From Methanobacteriota archaeon (GTDB lineage: Bacteria > Myxococcota > UBA727 > JABDBI01): a stretch of DNA of 64,000 nt. Below are positions 10,228 to 20,049 of this stretch, in pieces. Location: the NCBI GenBank assembly GCA_013288705.1, contig JABDBI010000001.1, forward strand, positions 9,089-73,088. The letters run 5' to 3'. The notes beneath the pieces were generated by a model. The model did no database searches, had not been told where the DNA came from, and was given only the letters and a program-made list of their open reading frames with translations. Position 1 is the stretch's first letter, and each line of letters begins with the position of its first letter. The position numbers and the translations under genes are program-made.

Positions 10228-10241
10228 GCATTGGCCAATGC
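10228..10241. promoter_or_regulatory. Perfect 14-bp palindrome, possible operator
   Basis: GCATTGGCCAATGC is its own reverse complement and lies between divergent genes. Confidence 0.35.
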
Positions 10242-10313
10242 CATCTTTTGCTTTTTGCCAAAACGTTGTGCTAAACTCGAATAAAGATGGGTCATCGACT
10301 TTTGGGGATTGGA

Positions 10314-10616
10314 ATGTGGAAATCAAGACGAGACTTTGAAGCAGAAATCATTGCGAAGGCATGGGAAGATAAAAACTTTAAAGCACGTCTCTTGGCTAAT
10401 CCCAAAGCTATCGTGGAAGAGATGAGCGGTGAAAGTCTCCCCAAAGAAATGCAAGTCAGCGTTTTTGAAGAGAGCCCCAAGAAAGTCTGCGTGGTCTTGC
10501 CTAAAAACCCAGACGAAGAACTCAGTGAAGATGAACTAGAGCAAGTCGCTGGCGGCGTGGGCTACAGTCCGGAAGACAGAGCGGGATACATCAACAGTGT
10601 GTTTTCTCGGTTATAA
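10314..10616 (+). CDS. NHLP (nitrile-hydratase-like leader) RiPP precursor
   Basis: RRDFEAEIIAKAWEDKNFKARLLANPK…VVLP…ELSEDELEQVAGG leader, then core VGYSPEDRAGYINSVFSRL. GGGGA RBS before ATG 10314. Confidence 0.9.
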   Translation: MWKSRRDFEAEIIAKAWEDKNFKARLLANPKAIVEEMSGESLPKEMQVSVFEESPKKVCVVLPKNPDEELSEDELEQVAGGVGYSPEDRAGYINSVFSRL

Positions 10617-10628
10617 AAAAAACCCGTA

Positions 10629-10656
10629 TTGACATAATAGCTATCTCTTATAGAAT
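10629..10656 (+). promoter_or_regulatory. Sigma70 promoter for the M61 peptidase
   Basis: TTGACA-N16-TAGAAT, 27 nt upstream of ATG 10684. Confidence 0.6.
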
Positions 10657-10683
10657 TGCCAGAATTCACCCTATTATTATGCA

Positions 10684-12462
10684 ATGCCCCGGGTTAAGCT
10701 ATTGAAAAATAATACTTATACCTACCTACTGATAGGGCTCGTTGCCCTCTTGAGCGCATGTGATCAGTGCGGTGTGGCGTATTGGCAGCCGCAGCTAACC
10801 AATGTCACAATGTCTCCTGCTCAGGCACAGGTTGAAGACAATTCACCTCTTCGCTTTACCGTTGAGCACCAACGTTCCCGCACAGGGGATCCCTCCCTTG
10901 TGATTAACCTCCGCTATAAAATGTCTCAGCGGTTTTCCAACGGTTATATCGATTTTCCTCAGCATATTGCACCTGCACGAATTGAAGAAATTGAACTTCT
11001 GACACCCGGGACACGGCTTCTTGATACGAAGGACGGGCAGGTCAAAGAAATCCAGCATGGGGGACATCACGATGTGCATTTGCGTTATCGCATCGTTTTA
11101 GCAAACAACGAACAGGACGTTCGCTCTCGCACGCCGGTGATTCGCGGAAACTATGTGCAAGCAGCAGCCAAGACAATACTCGCTTTCCCGCAATCCATTG
11201 GTACAAAAAGACTTGCCAGGATTGAATGGAGTGCACCGAGCGGCTGGCAGATCTTTTCAAGCTTTGGCGAATATACGGCTTCCCACATTGAGCAGAATGC
11301 GCAAACAATTTGGGAGGCGCTTTTTGTTGCCGGCGAGAACTTACGTGTCCACAAAACCTTCGCCAATAGCGACAAGCTAGAAAATAGGCGCGCACTTACT
11401 GTCGTCGTCAATGGCAATTTTCGTTTTCAAGATGATGCGTTTATCGCGATCGTCACCCGCATCATTTCTTCTCAGCGAGATTTTTTCCAAGATTATGCCT
11501 ACCCGAACTATCTCATCAGCCTGTCGGAGAGTGGGCGGCGTGGAGCAAAAATTGGTGGCACCGCTCATCACAACGCCTTCAAAGTGCTTCTGCACACAGA
11601 CACGCCTCTGTCTAACGGTGAGACGGCCCACCTTTTGAGCCACGAAGTTTTTCACAACTGGAATGGGTTTGTCATCAAGAAGGCACCAAAATGGTTTCGC
11701 GAAGGTTTTACCGATTATTATGGATTAACGCTCGCTTTTCGCGCGGGCTTGATTCCACGCAAGAAATATGTCGAGATTTTCAACAAGTGGCTTTGGACAT
11801 ATTACGCGTCGCCTCTACGCAATGAGCTCTCCAATAGAATGGAAGATATGGTCGATGACGATGATGAGCTCTTCGATATCCCCTATCAGCGTGGTGCAAT
11901 TTTTGCCGCTAGGCTCAATGCACAAATTCGCGAGAAATCGAACGCACGACATTCTCTCGACAATATAATGCGGGATCTTGTTCAGGCTGCAAGAACCGGA
12001 GACAGTGCGGTAACAATTGAGAAAATCAATGCGCTCGCTAAACTGTACGGCAGCGGTGGCGACATCGCGCAAGAAATGGCACAATTGATGGATGATGGCA
12101 GAGATTTCACGCCACACGGGCAAGAACTCGGTGAATGCTACACATTGGATCCTGAGCGCGTTGGTACTGACTTCGAGCTTGGATTTGCTCTTCATCCTAA
12201 TAGCGGCGTTGTTACCGGCGTAAAGCGCCAGAGCGCGGCTGCGCAAGCGGGCCTGCGCCCTAGCGATGTTCTCTCTCGCTATGAATTCGCCCAGGGGGCT
12301 CCCCATTTAAAAGCAACTGTCGAGCTCGCATTTAACCGACGCCGGATTTCTTTCTTTCCCGTCAAGCTTGAGACGACGAGAGATGGCTTTCAGTTTTCTG
12401 AGAACGCGGCGCATTGGCAGAACAAGCCAGATTTCTGTGAGCAGTCACTTATAGTTTGGTAG
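10684..12462 (+). CDS. M61 (glycyl aminopeptidase-like) metallopeptidase lipoprotein with C-terminal PDZ-like domain
   Basis: HEVFHNWN zinc motif, [16 protein letters not shown]; [12 protein letters not shown] (PDZ-like); lipobox LLSAC. Confidence 0.85.
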   Translation: MPRVKLLKNNTYTYLLIGLVALLSACDQCGVAYWQPQLTNVTMSPAQAQVEDNSPLRFTVEHQRSRTGDPSLVINLRYKMSQRFSNGYIDFPQHIAPARIEEIELLTPGTRLLDTKDGQVKEIQHGGHHDVHLRYRIVLANNEQDVRSRTPVIRGNYVQAAAKTILAFPQSIGTKRLARIEWSAPSGWQIFSSFGEYTASHIEQNAQTIWEALFVAGENLRVHKTFANSDKLENRRALTVVVNGNFRFQDDAFIAIVTRIISSQRDFFQDYAYPNYLISLSESGRRGAKIGGTAHHNAFKVLLHTDTPLSNGETAHLLSHEVFHNWNGFVIKKAPKWFREGFTDYYGLTLAFRAGLIPRKKYVEIFNKWLWTYYASPLRNELSNRMEDMVDDDDELFDIPYQRGAIFAARLNAQIREKSNARHSLDNIMRDLVQAARTGDSAVTIEKINALAKLYGSGGDIAQEMAQLMDDGRDFTPHGQELGECYTLDPERVGTDFELGFALHPNSGVVTGVKRQSAAAQAGLRPSDVLSRYEFAQGAPHLKATVELAFNRRRISFFPVKLETTRDGFQFSENAAHWQNKPDFCEQSLIVW

Positions 12463-14293
12463 TCGAAAGAGGTGGTCGTTCACAGGCAGCGCCCTCACAA
12501 ACATATGCCATTGGCTTCGTGAGCATAAAATGCACAGCGATAAGCATATTGGAAAAAGCTTGCGGATAACGTGTCAGCCCATCGCTAAATGCTTCGATGG
12601 TGCTGCACGCGCGCTGCCGATACGTGTCCTGGTCACTCAGGCCAGACAAGCGAAGCAAATTGAGGGCGTGCACAGAATTACCCGACGGTTCAGCTCCATC
12701 CTGCGATGGCTTTTCCCGCACCAGCAGTTTCTCATGGGCATCGCTCGTCATAAAAAAGCCACCAGCCTCTTCGTCTTCAAAACGCGCGCGCAAAATATCA
12801 TCAAGCTCTACAGCCCGCTTGAGCCAGACCATCTCTTTCGTTGCCTCATAGAGATCAATTAAGCCTGCGCACAAAAATGCATAGTCGTCGAGAAAACCCA
12901 ATGACCCTGTTTTTCCATCTTTGCGACTATGAAAGAGAACGCCTTCTTTGAAACAATTTTGCCAAATCCAATCAGCTGTATCCCTTGCAATTTGCACAAA
13001 TTCCGGCCGCTTCAAAACAAGCCCAGCCTTCGCAAAAGCAGAGATCGTTAGGCCGTTCCACGAGGTCATAATCTTCTCATCACGATGAGGTTGCGGCCGC
13101 TTGTTGCGTGCTAGAAGCAAAATCGACCTTGCACGGTCAATCTTCTCGCTTGGCAGGGAAAGAGGAGCTGTTAGGTGCAAAATATTGCGCCCCTCAAAAC
13201 TGCCCTCTTCGGTCACACCAAAATGTGCTTTGACGATTTGCGCGTCTTGACCAAGAATGTCTTCCAATTCTTTTGGCGTCCACGTGAAATAATACCCTTC
13301 GTCGAGATGGTCATCTGGGGTCAAGCTGTCGGCATCCGTTGCGGCATAAAAACCGCCAGATGGAGCCATCATGTCACGCTGCAGATATTGCAGGATGTCT
13401 GTCGCTACAAACGCGAATTCGGCAAGACCTGTAGCCTGATATCCCTCCACGTAAGCGATGGCTTGCAACGCATTATCGTAGAGCATCTTTTCAAAATGTG
13501 GGATCTGCCATTGTGCATCGGTGGCGTAGCGATGAAAGCCGCCGGCAAGTTGATCGTAAATACCACCTTCTGCCATTTTCTGCAGCGTATGGGTCGCCAT
13601 GGCAAGCAGCTGCTTGTCTTCCACACAAAGCAACGTTCGAATGGGTAAGCTGCTGGGAAATTTCGGTGCACCAGAAATGCCGCCCGAGATTGGATCGTAG
13701 TGATTTTTGTAATGTTGCAATGCGCTAGCGAGAGCCTGCGGGTAATCAAGCTCTCCTTTCGTCGTGGTTGATTTGCTCGCTTGCACTGCTTTCACAAGCT
13801 GCGCTGATGCTCGAGCAATTCGCGATGGATCCTCATCGTACATCTCTTTCAAGTCTTTTAGCAAAGACAGGAAGCCTTTTCCTGCACCACGATCGCCATT
13901 CCTGGCAGGAAAATACGTGCCACCAAAAAACGGCTTTTTGTCGGGGTCTAGCCATACCGACATCGGCCAACCGCCAGCACCGGTGATCAGTTGCACAGCA
14001 GTCATATAAGTTGCGTCGATATCTGGCCGTTCCTCGCGATCAACTTTGATAGAAATAAAGTGATCATTCAAATAGCGCGCGATCTCCTCATCTTCAAACG
14101 ACTCGTGCGCCATCACATGGCACCAATGACAAGTGGAGTAACCGATGCTCAAAAAAATGGGCCGATTATGCTTTTTCGCTTCAGCAAAAGCCTCTTCGCC
14201 CCAGGGAAACCAATCCACTGGATTGTGTGCGTGCTGGACAAGATATGGGCTGGTCTCATGAATCAATCGATTGGTGTGCGTCTTCGTTGTCAT
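12449..14293 (-). CDS. Thioredoxin-domain protein, YyaL/SSP411 family
   Basis: [50 protein letters not shown]. Confidence 0.92.
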   Translation of the reverse strand: MTTKTHTNRLIHETSPYLVQHAHNPVDWFPWGEEAFAEAKKHNRPIFLSIGYSTCHWCHVMAHESFEDEEIARYLNDHFISIKVDREERPDIDATYMTAVQLITGAGGWPMSVWLDPDKKPFFGGTYFPARNGDRGAGKGFLSLLKDLKEMYDEDPSRIARASAQLVKAVQASKSTTTKGELDYPQALASALQHYKNHYDPISGGISGAPKFPSSLPIRTLLCVEDKQLLAMATHTLQKMAEGGIYDQLAGGFHRYATDAQWQIPHFEKMLYDNALQAIAYVEGYQATGLAEFAFVATDILQYLQRDMMAPSGGFYAATDADSLTPDDHLDEGYYFTWTPKELEDILGQDAQIVKAHFGVTEEGSFEGRNILHLTAPLSLPSEKIDRARSILLLARNKRPQPHRDEKIMTSWNGLTISAFAKAGLVLKRPEFVQIARDTADWIWQNCFKEGVLFHSRKDGKTGSLGFLDDYAFLCAGLIDLYEATKEMVWLKRAVELDDILRARFEDEEAGGFFMTSDAHEKLLVREKPSQDGAEPSGNSVHALNLLRLSGLSDQDTYRQRACSTIEAFSDGLTRYPQAFSNMLIAVHFMLTKPMAYVCEGAACERPPLSTTKL

Positions 14294-14373
14294 AGCGAGC
14301 GAGATACCGCACTTGCCCGAAACAGAAAAGCACTTTATGATGCATTTTTTATTTTCCAATTCATGGCTAGTTT

Positions 14374-15576
14374 ATGTTGTTTAAAATATCGAAAGAATCA
14401 CCGCTTGTGCCCATTTGTCTAATGGTCTTGTTGGTCGTTTGCTGGATGGAAGTCGATCTCTATGCGCCCAGCTTTCCACTCCTCAGACAATATTTCGGCA
14501 CCACACAAGAAGCCATTCAGTGGACGTTGTCTGTTAATTTCATTGGTTTTTTTGTCTCTAGCTTATTTTGTGGACCGTTGTCTGACAGCTACGGGCGCAG
14601 GCCTGTGCTTATCTGGGGTTCACTAATTTTTGTGTTTGGTAGCCTGCTCTGCATCGCTGCACCAACGATCGAGATCTTATTGGCAGGGCGACTGATTCAA
14701 GGTCTCGGTGTGAGTGCGCCGATTACCGTCTGTGTTGCAGTCATTGCCGATATTTACACCGGCGAGCGACAGGTCAAGATGATGTCGTTCGTGAATAGTG
14801 CGATTACCATCGTGATGGCGATGGCGCCCCTGATCGGCGCCTATCTGTCAGACGCGTTTGGCTGGCGTGCTAACTTCATGTTCATTTTTGCAACAGCCAT
14901 TTTGGGAACGCTCCTCATCTCGTTCATTTTGCCTGAGACACATGCAGCCGATCGGCGACAACGCTTTTCTCTCAGGCAACTGGCCTTGAATTACACGACC
15001 CTTCTACGCAGCAGAGTATTTATGGCGACCGTGATAGGTTCGATTTTTCTCACGACCCCCTATTTCGTGTTCATCGCCGTGATTCCATTTTTATTTATGG
15101 AGCAACTACAGCTGCCCTTATCGCAATACGTTTACTACCAAGGATCTGTTGTCAGTCTTTTTGCATTTTTAAGTTTGGCGATACCGACGATGATAGGGAA
15201 ATTTGACGCAGATAAATTGAACTTGCGAAGCATAGGCCTGTCGCTAATTGGCATCACGGTCCTATGCATGCATGGTATGTTTTTTGCAGATCATGCGCTG
15301 ACCATCACGATCCTGATGTGTATCTATGTAGCGGGACTCGTGTGGCCTTGCTCCTCGTTATTTAGTGCATCGCTGGAACTCTTTCCGGACCTGCGCGGGA
15401 GCGCAACAGCGCTATTCATGAGCTTGCGCATGCTCGTGATGTCGCTGGCGATTTCCCTTTCGGGGCGCGTCTATAACGAAACATTTATGCCCGTTGGAAT
15501 TTTAAACTTTGTCCTCGTTGCAATGGCGATTCCCTTGATCTTGTGGGCAATTCGCTTAAGGCAAGAGCAGTCATGA
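14374..15576 (+). CDS. Bcr/CflA family MFS efflux transporter
   Basis: DLYAPSFP, GPLSDSYGRRPV, GWRANF; about 12 TM segments. Confidence 0.88.
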   Translation: MLFKISKESPLVPICLMVLLVVCWMEVDLYAPSFPLLRQYFGTTQEAIQWTLSVNFIGFFVSSLFCGPLSDSYGRRPVLIWGSLIFVFGSLLCIAAPTIEILLAGRLIQGLGVSAPITVCVAVIADIYTGERQVKMMSFVNSAITIVMAMAPLIGAYLSDAFGWRANFMFIFATAILGTLLISFILPETHAADRRQRFSLRQLALNYTTLLRSRVFMATVIGSIFLTTPYFVFIAVIPFLFMEQLQLPLSQYVYYQGSVVSLFAFLSLAIPTMIGKFDADKLNLRSIGLSLIGITVLCMHGMFFADHALTITILMCIYVAGLVWPCSSLFSASLELFPDLRGSATALFMSLRMLVMSLAISLSGRVYNETFMPVGILNFVLVAMAIPLILWAIRLRQEQS

Positions 15577-16772
15577 ACACAGCGATGCCAGCTATATGGC
15601 TTTTAATTGTCATTGTGGGTCTCCCACAACTCTCAGAGACTGTTTATACGCCCGCCCTACCTGACATTGCCCGCGCGCTCTCAGCGTCGGATTCCTGGGT
15701 CGAATACACACTCACCATCTATCTGCTCGGCTTTGCCGTCGGCACGCTTTTTTGGGGCAAGCTATCCGATAGATTTGGGCGAAAGCCTTGTCTTCTGCTC
15801 GGCTTACTCATTTATGTGCTTGGTTGTATTGGCTGCTATTTCTCACCGTCAATCGAATGGTTGCTTTTCAGTAGATTCGTACAAGCCTTCGGTGGAAGTA
15901 CCGGCAGTGTGCTCGGGCAGGCGATTTGCCGAGATGCATTTCATGGCCCAGCTCTAGGCAAAGCCTACGCGACGGTTGGCAGCGCTCTGGCTTTTTCACC
16001 TGCCATCGGACCGGTTATCGGTGGCATCATTGACGAGGCTTTCGGCTGGCAGGCCATTTTTCTCGCGCTCATTGTTATCGGGCTCATGGTTTGTATAGCC
16101 GTCTACGCGAGCCTTCCTGAAACTCACCCACATGCGAGCAAATCGACTGTCTCGGTCAAAGACACTGCAATCAAGCTGCTCAAAGACCGCACCGTGCTTG
16201 CCTATGGCATCTTAGTGGCGGGTGGCAACGGCATCATGTTTAGTTATTATGCAGAGGGTTCATTTTACCTCATAGAGCTTTTGGGCCTTTCACCAGCCAT
16301 TTATGGTGCAAGTTTTTTAACCATCGCCTCCACCGGCATACTAGGCAGCTGGCTGTCACGCAAAATGCTAAACCGGTTACCGGCAGAAACTATCTTGATG
16401 CGGGGAATTTGGCTCATCCTGCTAGGCTGCTTCTTCTTTTCAGTTTTCACCATGGCCTTCTCTCTTATTTCTGCCAGCAAGCTGGCGTCCATTTTGCTTA
16501 CCCTTGGGAGCATGATGTTGACCACAGTAGGAATCGGCATGACCCTGCCTAACGCCCTCTCTTTGGCGCTGCAAAACCACCGACAGGCCATCGGCACGGC
16601 ATCGTCGCTATTCGGCTTCTTTTATTACATGTTGATTTCTGCGCTCACTCTCGGCATGGGCTCACTGCACAACGGCACACTTTTCCCTATGCCTCTCTAC
16701 TTTTGCGGCATTGCCATGCTGATGTGGGCAGTTTCACGGATGTGGATTGACTTTAATAAAAGAATGCCATAG
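15573..16772 (+). CDS. Bcr/CflA family MFS efflux transporter
   Basis: ETVYTPALP, GKLSDRFGRKP, SPAIGPVIGG. ATGA-coupled to the upstream MFS gene. Confidence 0.88.
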   Translation: MNTAMPAIWLLIVIVGLPQLSETVYTPALPDIARALSASDSWVEYTLTIYLLGFAVGTLFWGKLSDRFGRKPCLLLGLLIYVLGCIGCYFSPSIEWLLFSRFVQAFGGSTGSVLGQAICRDAFHGPALGKAYATVGSALAFSPAIGPVIGGIIDEAFGWQAIFLALIVIGLMVCIAVYASLPETHPHASKSTVSVKDTAIKLLKDRTVLAYGILVAGGNGIMFSYYAEGSFYLIELLGLSPAIYGASFLTIASTGILGSWLSRKMLNRLPAETILMRGIWLILLGCFFFSVFTMAFSLISASKLASILLTLGSMMLTTVGIGMTLPNALSLALQNHRQAIGTASSLFGFFYYMLISALTLGMGSLHNGTLFPMPLYFCGIAMLMWAVSRMWIDFNKRMP

Positions 16773-16843
16773 GGGTATGGCAGTTAATATAAACTTTTTT
16801 ACCGCGCGATGAAGCAATAAAGCGTATTGCGCCCAGGCACAAG

Positions 16844-18112
16844 ATGACAAATTTCGCCTCTTTGGGGGTATCCCCATTCCTCGTGCAATCGCTTGAGCGC
16901 ATGCGCATTTCCATTCCTACCCCCATTCAGGTCGGCGCCATCCCCCCTGCGCTAGAGGGCCACGATATTTTGGCCTCCGCGCAGACAGGAACGGGCAAGA
17001 CCATCGCTTACCTCATGCCTCTTATCACGCACTTGCAGGCCCACCCACAGAGTGGCGCACTGGTGCTGTGCCCCACGCGAGAGCTTGCGGCGCAGGTGCG
17101 AGACGCTACGCAGCAGTTATTCGATAGGAAAACACCCTTCGATATCGCTCTGCTTATTGGTGGAGACCCAATTGCCAAGCAATTTGCGGCGCTCAGAAGG
17201 CGTCCGCAGCTAATTGTGGGTACGCCAGGACGTATTCTTGATCATATCGACCGACGTACGCTGCGTTTGCAAGAGACGGGCTTTTTGGTTCTTGATGAAG
17301 CTGACCGCATGCTCGATATGGGATTTAGCCAGCCTCTAGAAGAAATTGTGCATGAGCTCCGCAAGGAACGTCAAACGCTGATGTTTTCGGCAACGATGCC
17401 GCCGAGTATCATGAAGTTGTCGCAGAAGTATCTCACGAACCCCAAACAGGTTTCGGTAGGTTCATCGACGCAAGCAGCGCCTCAGATCAAGCAAGAAACG
17501 CTACAGACAAAAACCGCCGATAAGTTTCCGAGCTTACTCAATGCACTGAACACGCGCGAAGGTACAGTGATCGTATTTGTGAGGACCAAGTTTGGGGCCG
17601 CGCAATTAGCCGAGAAGCTGAGACGTCAGGATCATCAGGCGGATGCCATTCATGGTGACTTGCGTCAACGACAACGCGACCAGGTGCTCAAAAGCTTCAG
17701 AAACCTAGAAAGTCGTATTTTAGTTGCGACCGATGTGGCGTCGCGTGGGCTCGACATTCCGCACGTGAAGCACGTGATTAACTACGATCTACCAGAGTGC
17801 CCAGAAGACTATATCCACCGTATCGGCCGAACTGGCCGTGCTGGCATGGAAGGAAATGCGCTTTCGTTTGTGTCGCCGGAAGAAGGCGGCAAATGGCGAC
17901 TCATCCATAAGCTGATGCATCCGAACGCGCCACAACCAGATATGGGCGGCAGCAGAGATCGCCCCGGGCAGTCGAGAAGACGTCACAACTACAATCAAAA
18001 CGCGTCGCGCAAACCAGGATCTTATAAGCCGCAACGCAAAAGCCCGCCTCGAACTGAATCGGGGTCAGGATCTGCACCCGCCTCGAGAAGCCGTCGCTTC
18101 ACGGCACGCTAA
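16844..18112 (+). CDS. DEAD-box RNA helicase (RhlE-like)
   Basis: Q motif, AQTGTGKT, PTRELA, DEAD, SAT, HRIGRTGR; basic C-terminal tail. Confidence 0.95.
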   Translation: MTNFASLGVSPFLVQSLERMRISIPTPIQVGAIPPALEGHDILASAQTGTGKTIAYLMPLITHLQAHPQSGALVLCPTRELAAQVRDATQQLFDRKTPFDIALLIGGDPIAKQFAALRRRPQLIVGTPGRILDHIDRRTLRLQETGFLVLDEADRMLDMGFSQPLEEIVHELRKERQTLMFSATMPPSIMKLSQKYLTNPKQVSVGSSTQAAPQIKQETLQTKTADKFPSLLNALNTREGTVIVFVRTKFGAAQLAEKLRRQDHQADAIHGDLRQRQRDQVLKSFRNLESRILVATDVASRGLDIPHVKHVINYDLPECPEDYIHRIGRTGRAGMEGNALSFVSPEEGGKWRLIHKLMHPNAPQPDMGGSRDRPGQSRRRHNYNQNASRKPGSYKPQRKSPPRTESGSGSAPASRSRRFTAR

Positions 18113-18896
18113 TATCCCCAGTCAGCACGGTGATCGCAGTACCAGCAATGAGTACGCGATCTTGCTGAAGCCGAACATGCAGGATGCCACCCCGAGGAGA
18201 AGCCTGGTAGGCGATGAAATCTAGCTTACCAAGCTTTTTTGCCCAATAGGGGGCAAGCTTACAGTGGGCAGAGCCTGTTACGGGGTCCTCCAGCACACCC
18301 TCCCGCGGCGCAAAAAAACGCGACACAAAATCATATTGGCCACCACCACTTCTGGCGGTGACAATAATGCCGCGGCAATTAAACTTCCGCAGTATTTGCA
18401 TGTCGGGCGTGAGTCCACGTAGCACCGGCTCGCTTTCGACCTCGACCAAACAATCGTCGTAAGCGCGACCCACAAAGAGCGGCTTGGTGCCTAATGCTTG
18501 GGTCAGTTCAACAGATTCAAAGGGTTCGAGCGCCGGCTGAGCAGGCAAGTTGAGCGTCATCATCTTGCCATCAATTTCTTTGGTCACCGTGAGTGGTCCA
18601 CTCAGCGATTCGAAACGAATAGGATCCTTTGCATTGGCAAACTTCTCTTGCCACAAAATATGCGCCGAAGCCAAGGTGGCGTGGCCGCACAATCGAACCT
18701 CTACCGCCGGTGTAAACCAACGAACGTGAAAATAGTTGCCTGCCAATCTCACGACAAAAGCTGTTTCGGAAAGGTTCATTTCTGTGGCAACGCTTTGCAT
18801 AAACGCATCAGCAGGGAAGAGTTCCACAACGCAAACAGCTGCCGGGTTTCCGGAAAATAGCTTGTCTGCAAAAGCATCAACAGTCCATATTCTCAT
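18099..18896 (-). CDS. PhzF family epimerase/isomerase
   Basis: VDAF…GNPAAV, NLSETAF, LCGHATLA, EDPVTGSAH. Confidence 0.93.
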   Translation of the reverse strand: MRIWTVDAFADKLFSGNPAAVCVVELFPADAFMQSVATEMNLSETAFVVRLAGNYFHVRWFTPAVEVRLCGHATLASAHILWQEKFANAKDPIRFESLSGPLTVTKEIDGKMMTLNLPAQPALEPFESVELTQALGTKPLFVGRAYDDCLVEVESEPVLRGLTPDMQILRKFNCRGIIVTARSGGGQYDFVSRFFAPREGVLEDPVTGSAHCKLAPYWAKKLGKLDFIAYQASPRGGILHVRLQQDRVLIAGTAITVLTGDISVP

Positions 18897-19023
18897 AAAT
18901 TCTTCCAACCCGTCACGACGTCTATAGTGTGCTCAGTTTAAGAGATCAATATCCCTGCCACTGCCACCTTGTTCAGTAAGCGCTGCTGTGCTAGAACGCC
19001 ACAGCACCTAATGGAGAGCCATC

Positions 19024-19449
19024 ATGAAAAACGATATCGCCATGTTATTGCTCCGACTCAGTTTTGGCACCACACTGTGTGTTGCACATGGGTGGTCGAA
19101 GCTGATGACCTACGCAGAGCATGCTGCCACGTTCCCCGATCCTCTTGGTGTGGGCGCCCCAGTCAGTTTGGCGTTGGTCATTTTCGCGGAGTTCTTCTGT
19201 GCATTGGCTGTTGTGGCTGGATTGTTCACCCGGTTGTCAGCGGTTCCCGTCATTATTACAATGCTGGTAGCGTTCTTTGTTATTCATGGACACGATACTT
19301 GGGCAACCAAGGAAGCGTCTTTTGTCTACGCTGCAGCATTTCTATGCATCGCTGTTGCGGGCGCTGGAAATTTTTCCCTCGATTACGTTCTCTCGCAGAT
19401 GAAGCAAAAGTCATTCACCATTAAATCGCCAACGACGGCCTCCACATGA
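19024..19449 (+). CDS. DoxX family membrane protein
   Basis: LLLRL…HGWSK, AEF…GLFTR, GAGNFSLD. GGAG RBS. Confidence 0.9.
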   Translation: MKNDIAMLLLRLSFGTTLCVAHGWSKLMTYAEHAATFPDPLGVGAPVSLALVIFAEFFCALAVVAGLFTRLSAVPVIITMLVAFFVIHGHDTWATKEASFVYAAAFLCIAVAGAGNFSLDYVLSQMKQKSFTIKSPTTAST

Positions 19450-19970
19450 GAAAATTTACCGTGCAAGATTTAAAAGAAAACGACAAACTCTATGCGACCT
19501 TTCATACCAACATGGGCGACATGATGGTTGAACTATACTGGGACAAGGTCCCCAAAACGGTGCAGAATTTCATCGATCTTGCGCAGGGCAAAGACGACAA
19601 GAAGCCGCTGTACTCAGGTACTATTTTTCACCGAGTGATTCCCGGATTCATGATTCAGGGTGGTGATCCCCAGGGCACAGGCATTGGCGGGCCAGGGTAC
19701 AAATTTGCCGATGAGTTCCACCCGAGCCTTCGCCACAACGCGGCGGGTATTCTTTCCATGGCCAATTCTGGGCCAAATACCAATGGCTCTCAGTTTTTTA
19801 TTACAGAAATCCCCACCCCACATCTTGATAATCGGCACAGTGTGTTTGGCAAAGTGATCGAGAATATTGAGCTCGTGAAACAAATTGCCAATGTGAAACG
19901 CGATGCGCGAGATAAACCGCTTCATGACGTCGTGCTAGAAAGCGTATCGATCACCAACACGCTAGTTTAG
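19446..19970 (+). CDS. Cyclophilin-type peptidyl-prolyl isomerase
   Basis: FHRVIPGFMIQGGDP, SMANSGPNTNGSQFFIT, HSVFG. Confidence 0.95.
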   Translation: MRKFTVQDLKENDKLYATFHTNMGDMMVELYWDKVPKTVQNFIDLAQGKDDKKPLYSGTIFHRVIPGFMIQGGDPQGTGIGGPGYKFADEFHPSLRHNAAGILSMANSGPNTNGSQFFITEIPTPHLDNRHSVFGKVIENIELVKQIANVKRDARDKPLHDVVLESVSITNTLV

Positions 19971-19986
19971 ACGCCAATTTCCCGTC

Positions 19987-20038
19987 GCTGCGAATAAGTC
20001 ATTTGGAGAAATCAAATGGCTGGTCTCTTATTCGCAGC
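19987..20038. repeat. Long intergenic hairpin (nested inverted repeats)
   Basis: Perfect 12-bp arms GCTGCGAATAAG/CTTATTCGCAGC enclosing a CATTTG/CAAATG inner stem. Confidence 0.7.
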
Positions 20039-20049
20039 TGGGTAAGCAA

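Noticed and set aside
10231-10252. Sigma54 promoter for the NHLP gene (TGGC…TTGC)
   Set aside because: The GG-to-GC spacing is not 10 nt.
12449-12560. YyaL C-terminus looks shorter than usual, considered as a pseudogene
   Set aside because: The frame is intact and keeps the terminal AYVC…C motif; at most an in-frame deletion.
19024-19449. DoxX as a member of the MNIO cluster
   Set aside because: It is about 5.7 kb away, separated by housekeeping genes, and coupled to a cyclophilin gene. A role in trans cannot be excluded but has no support here.
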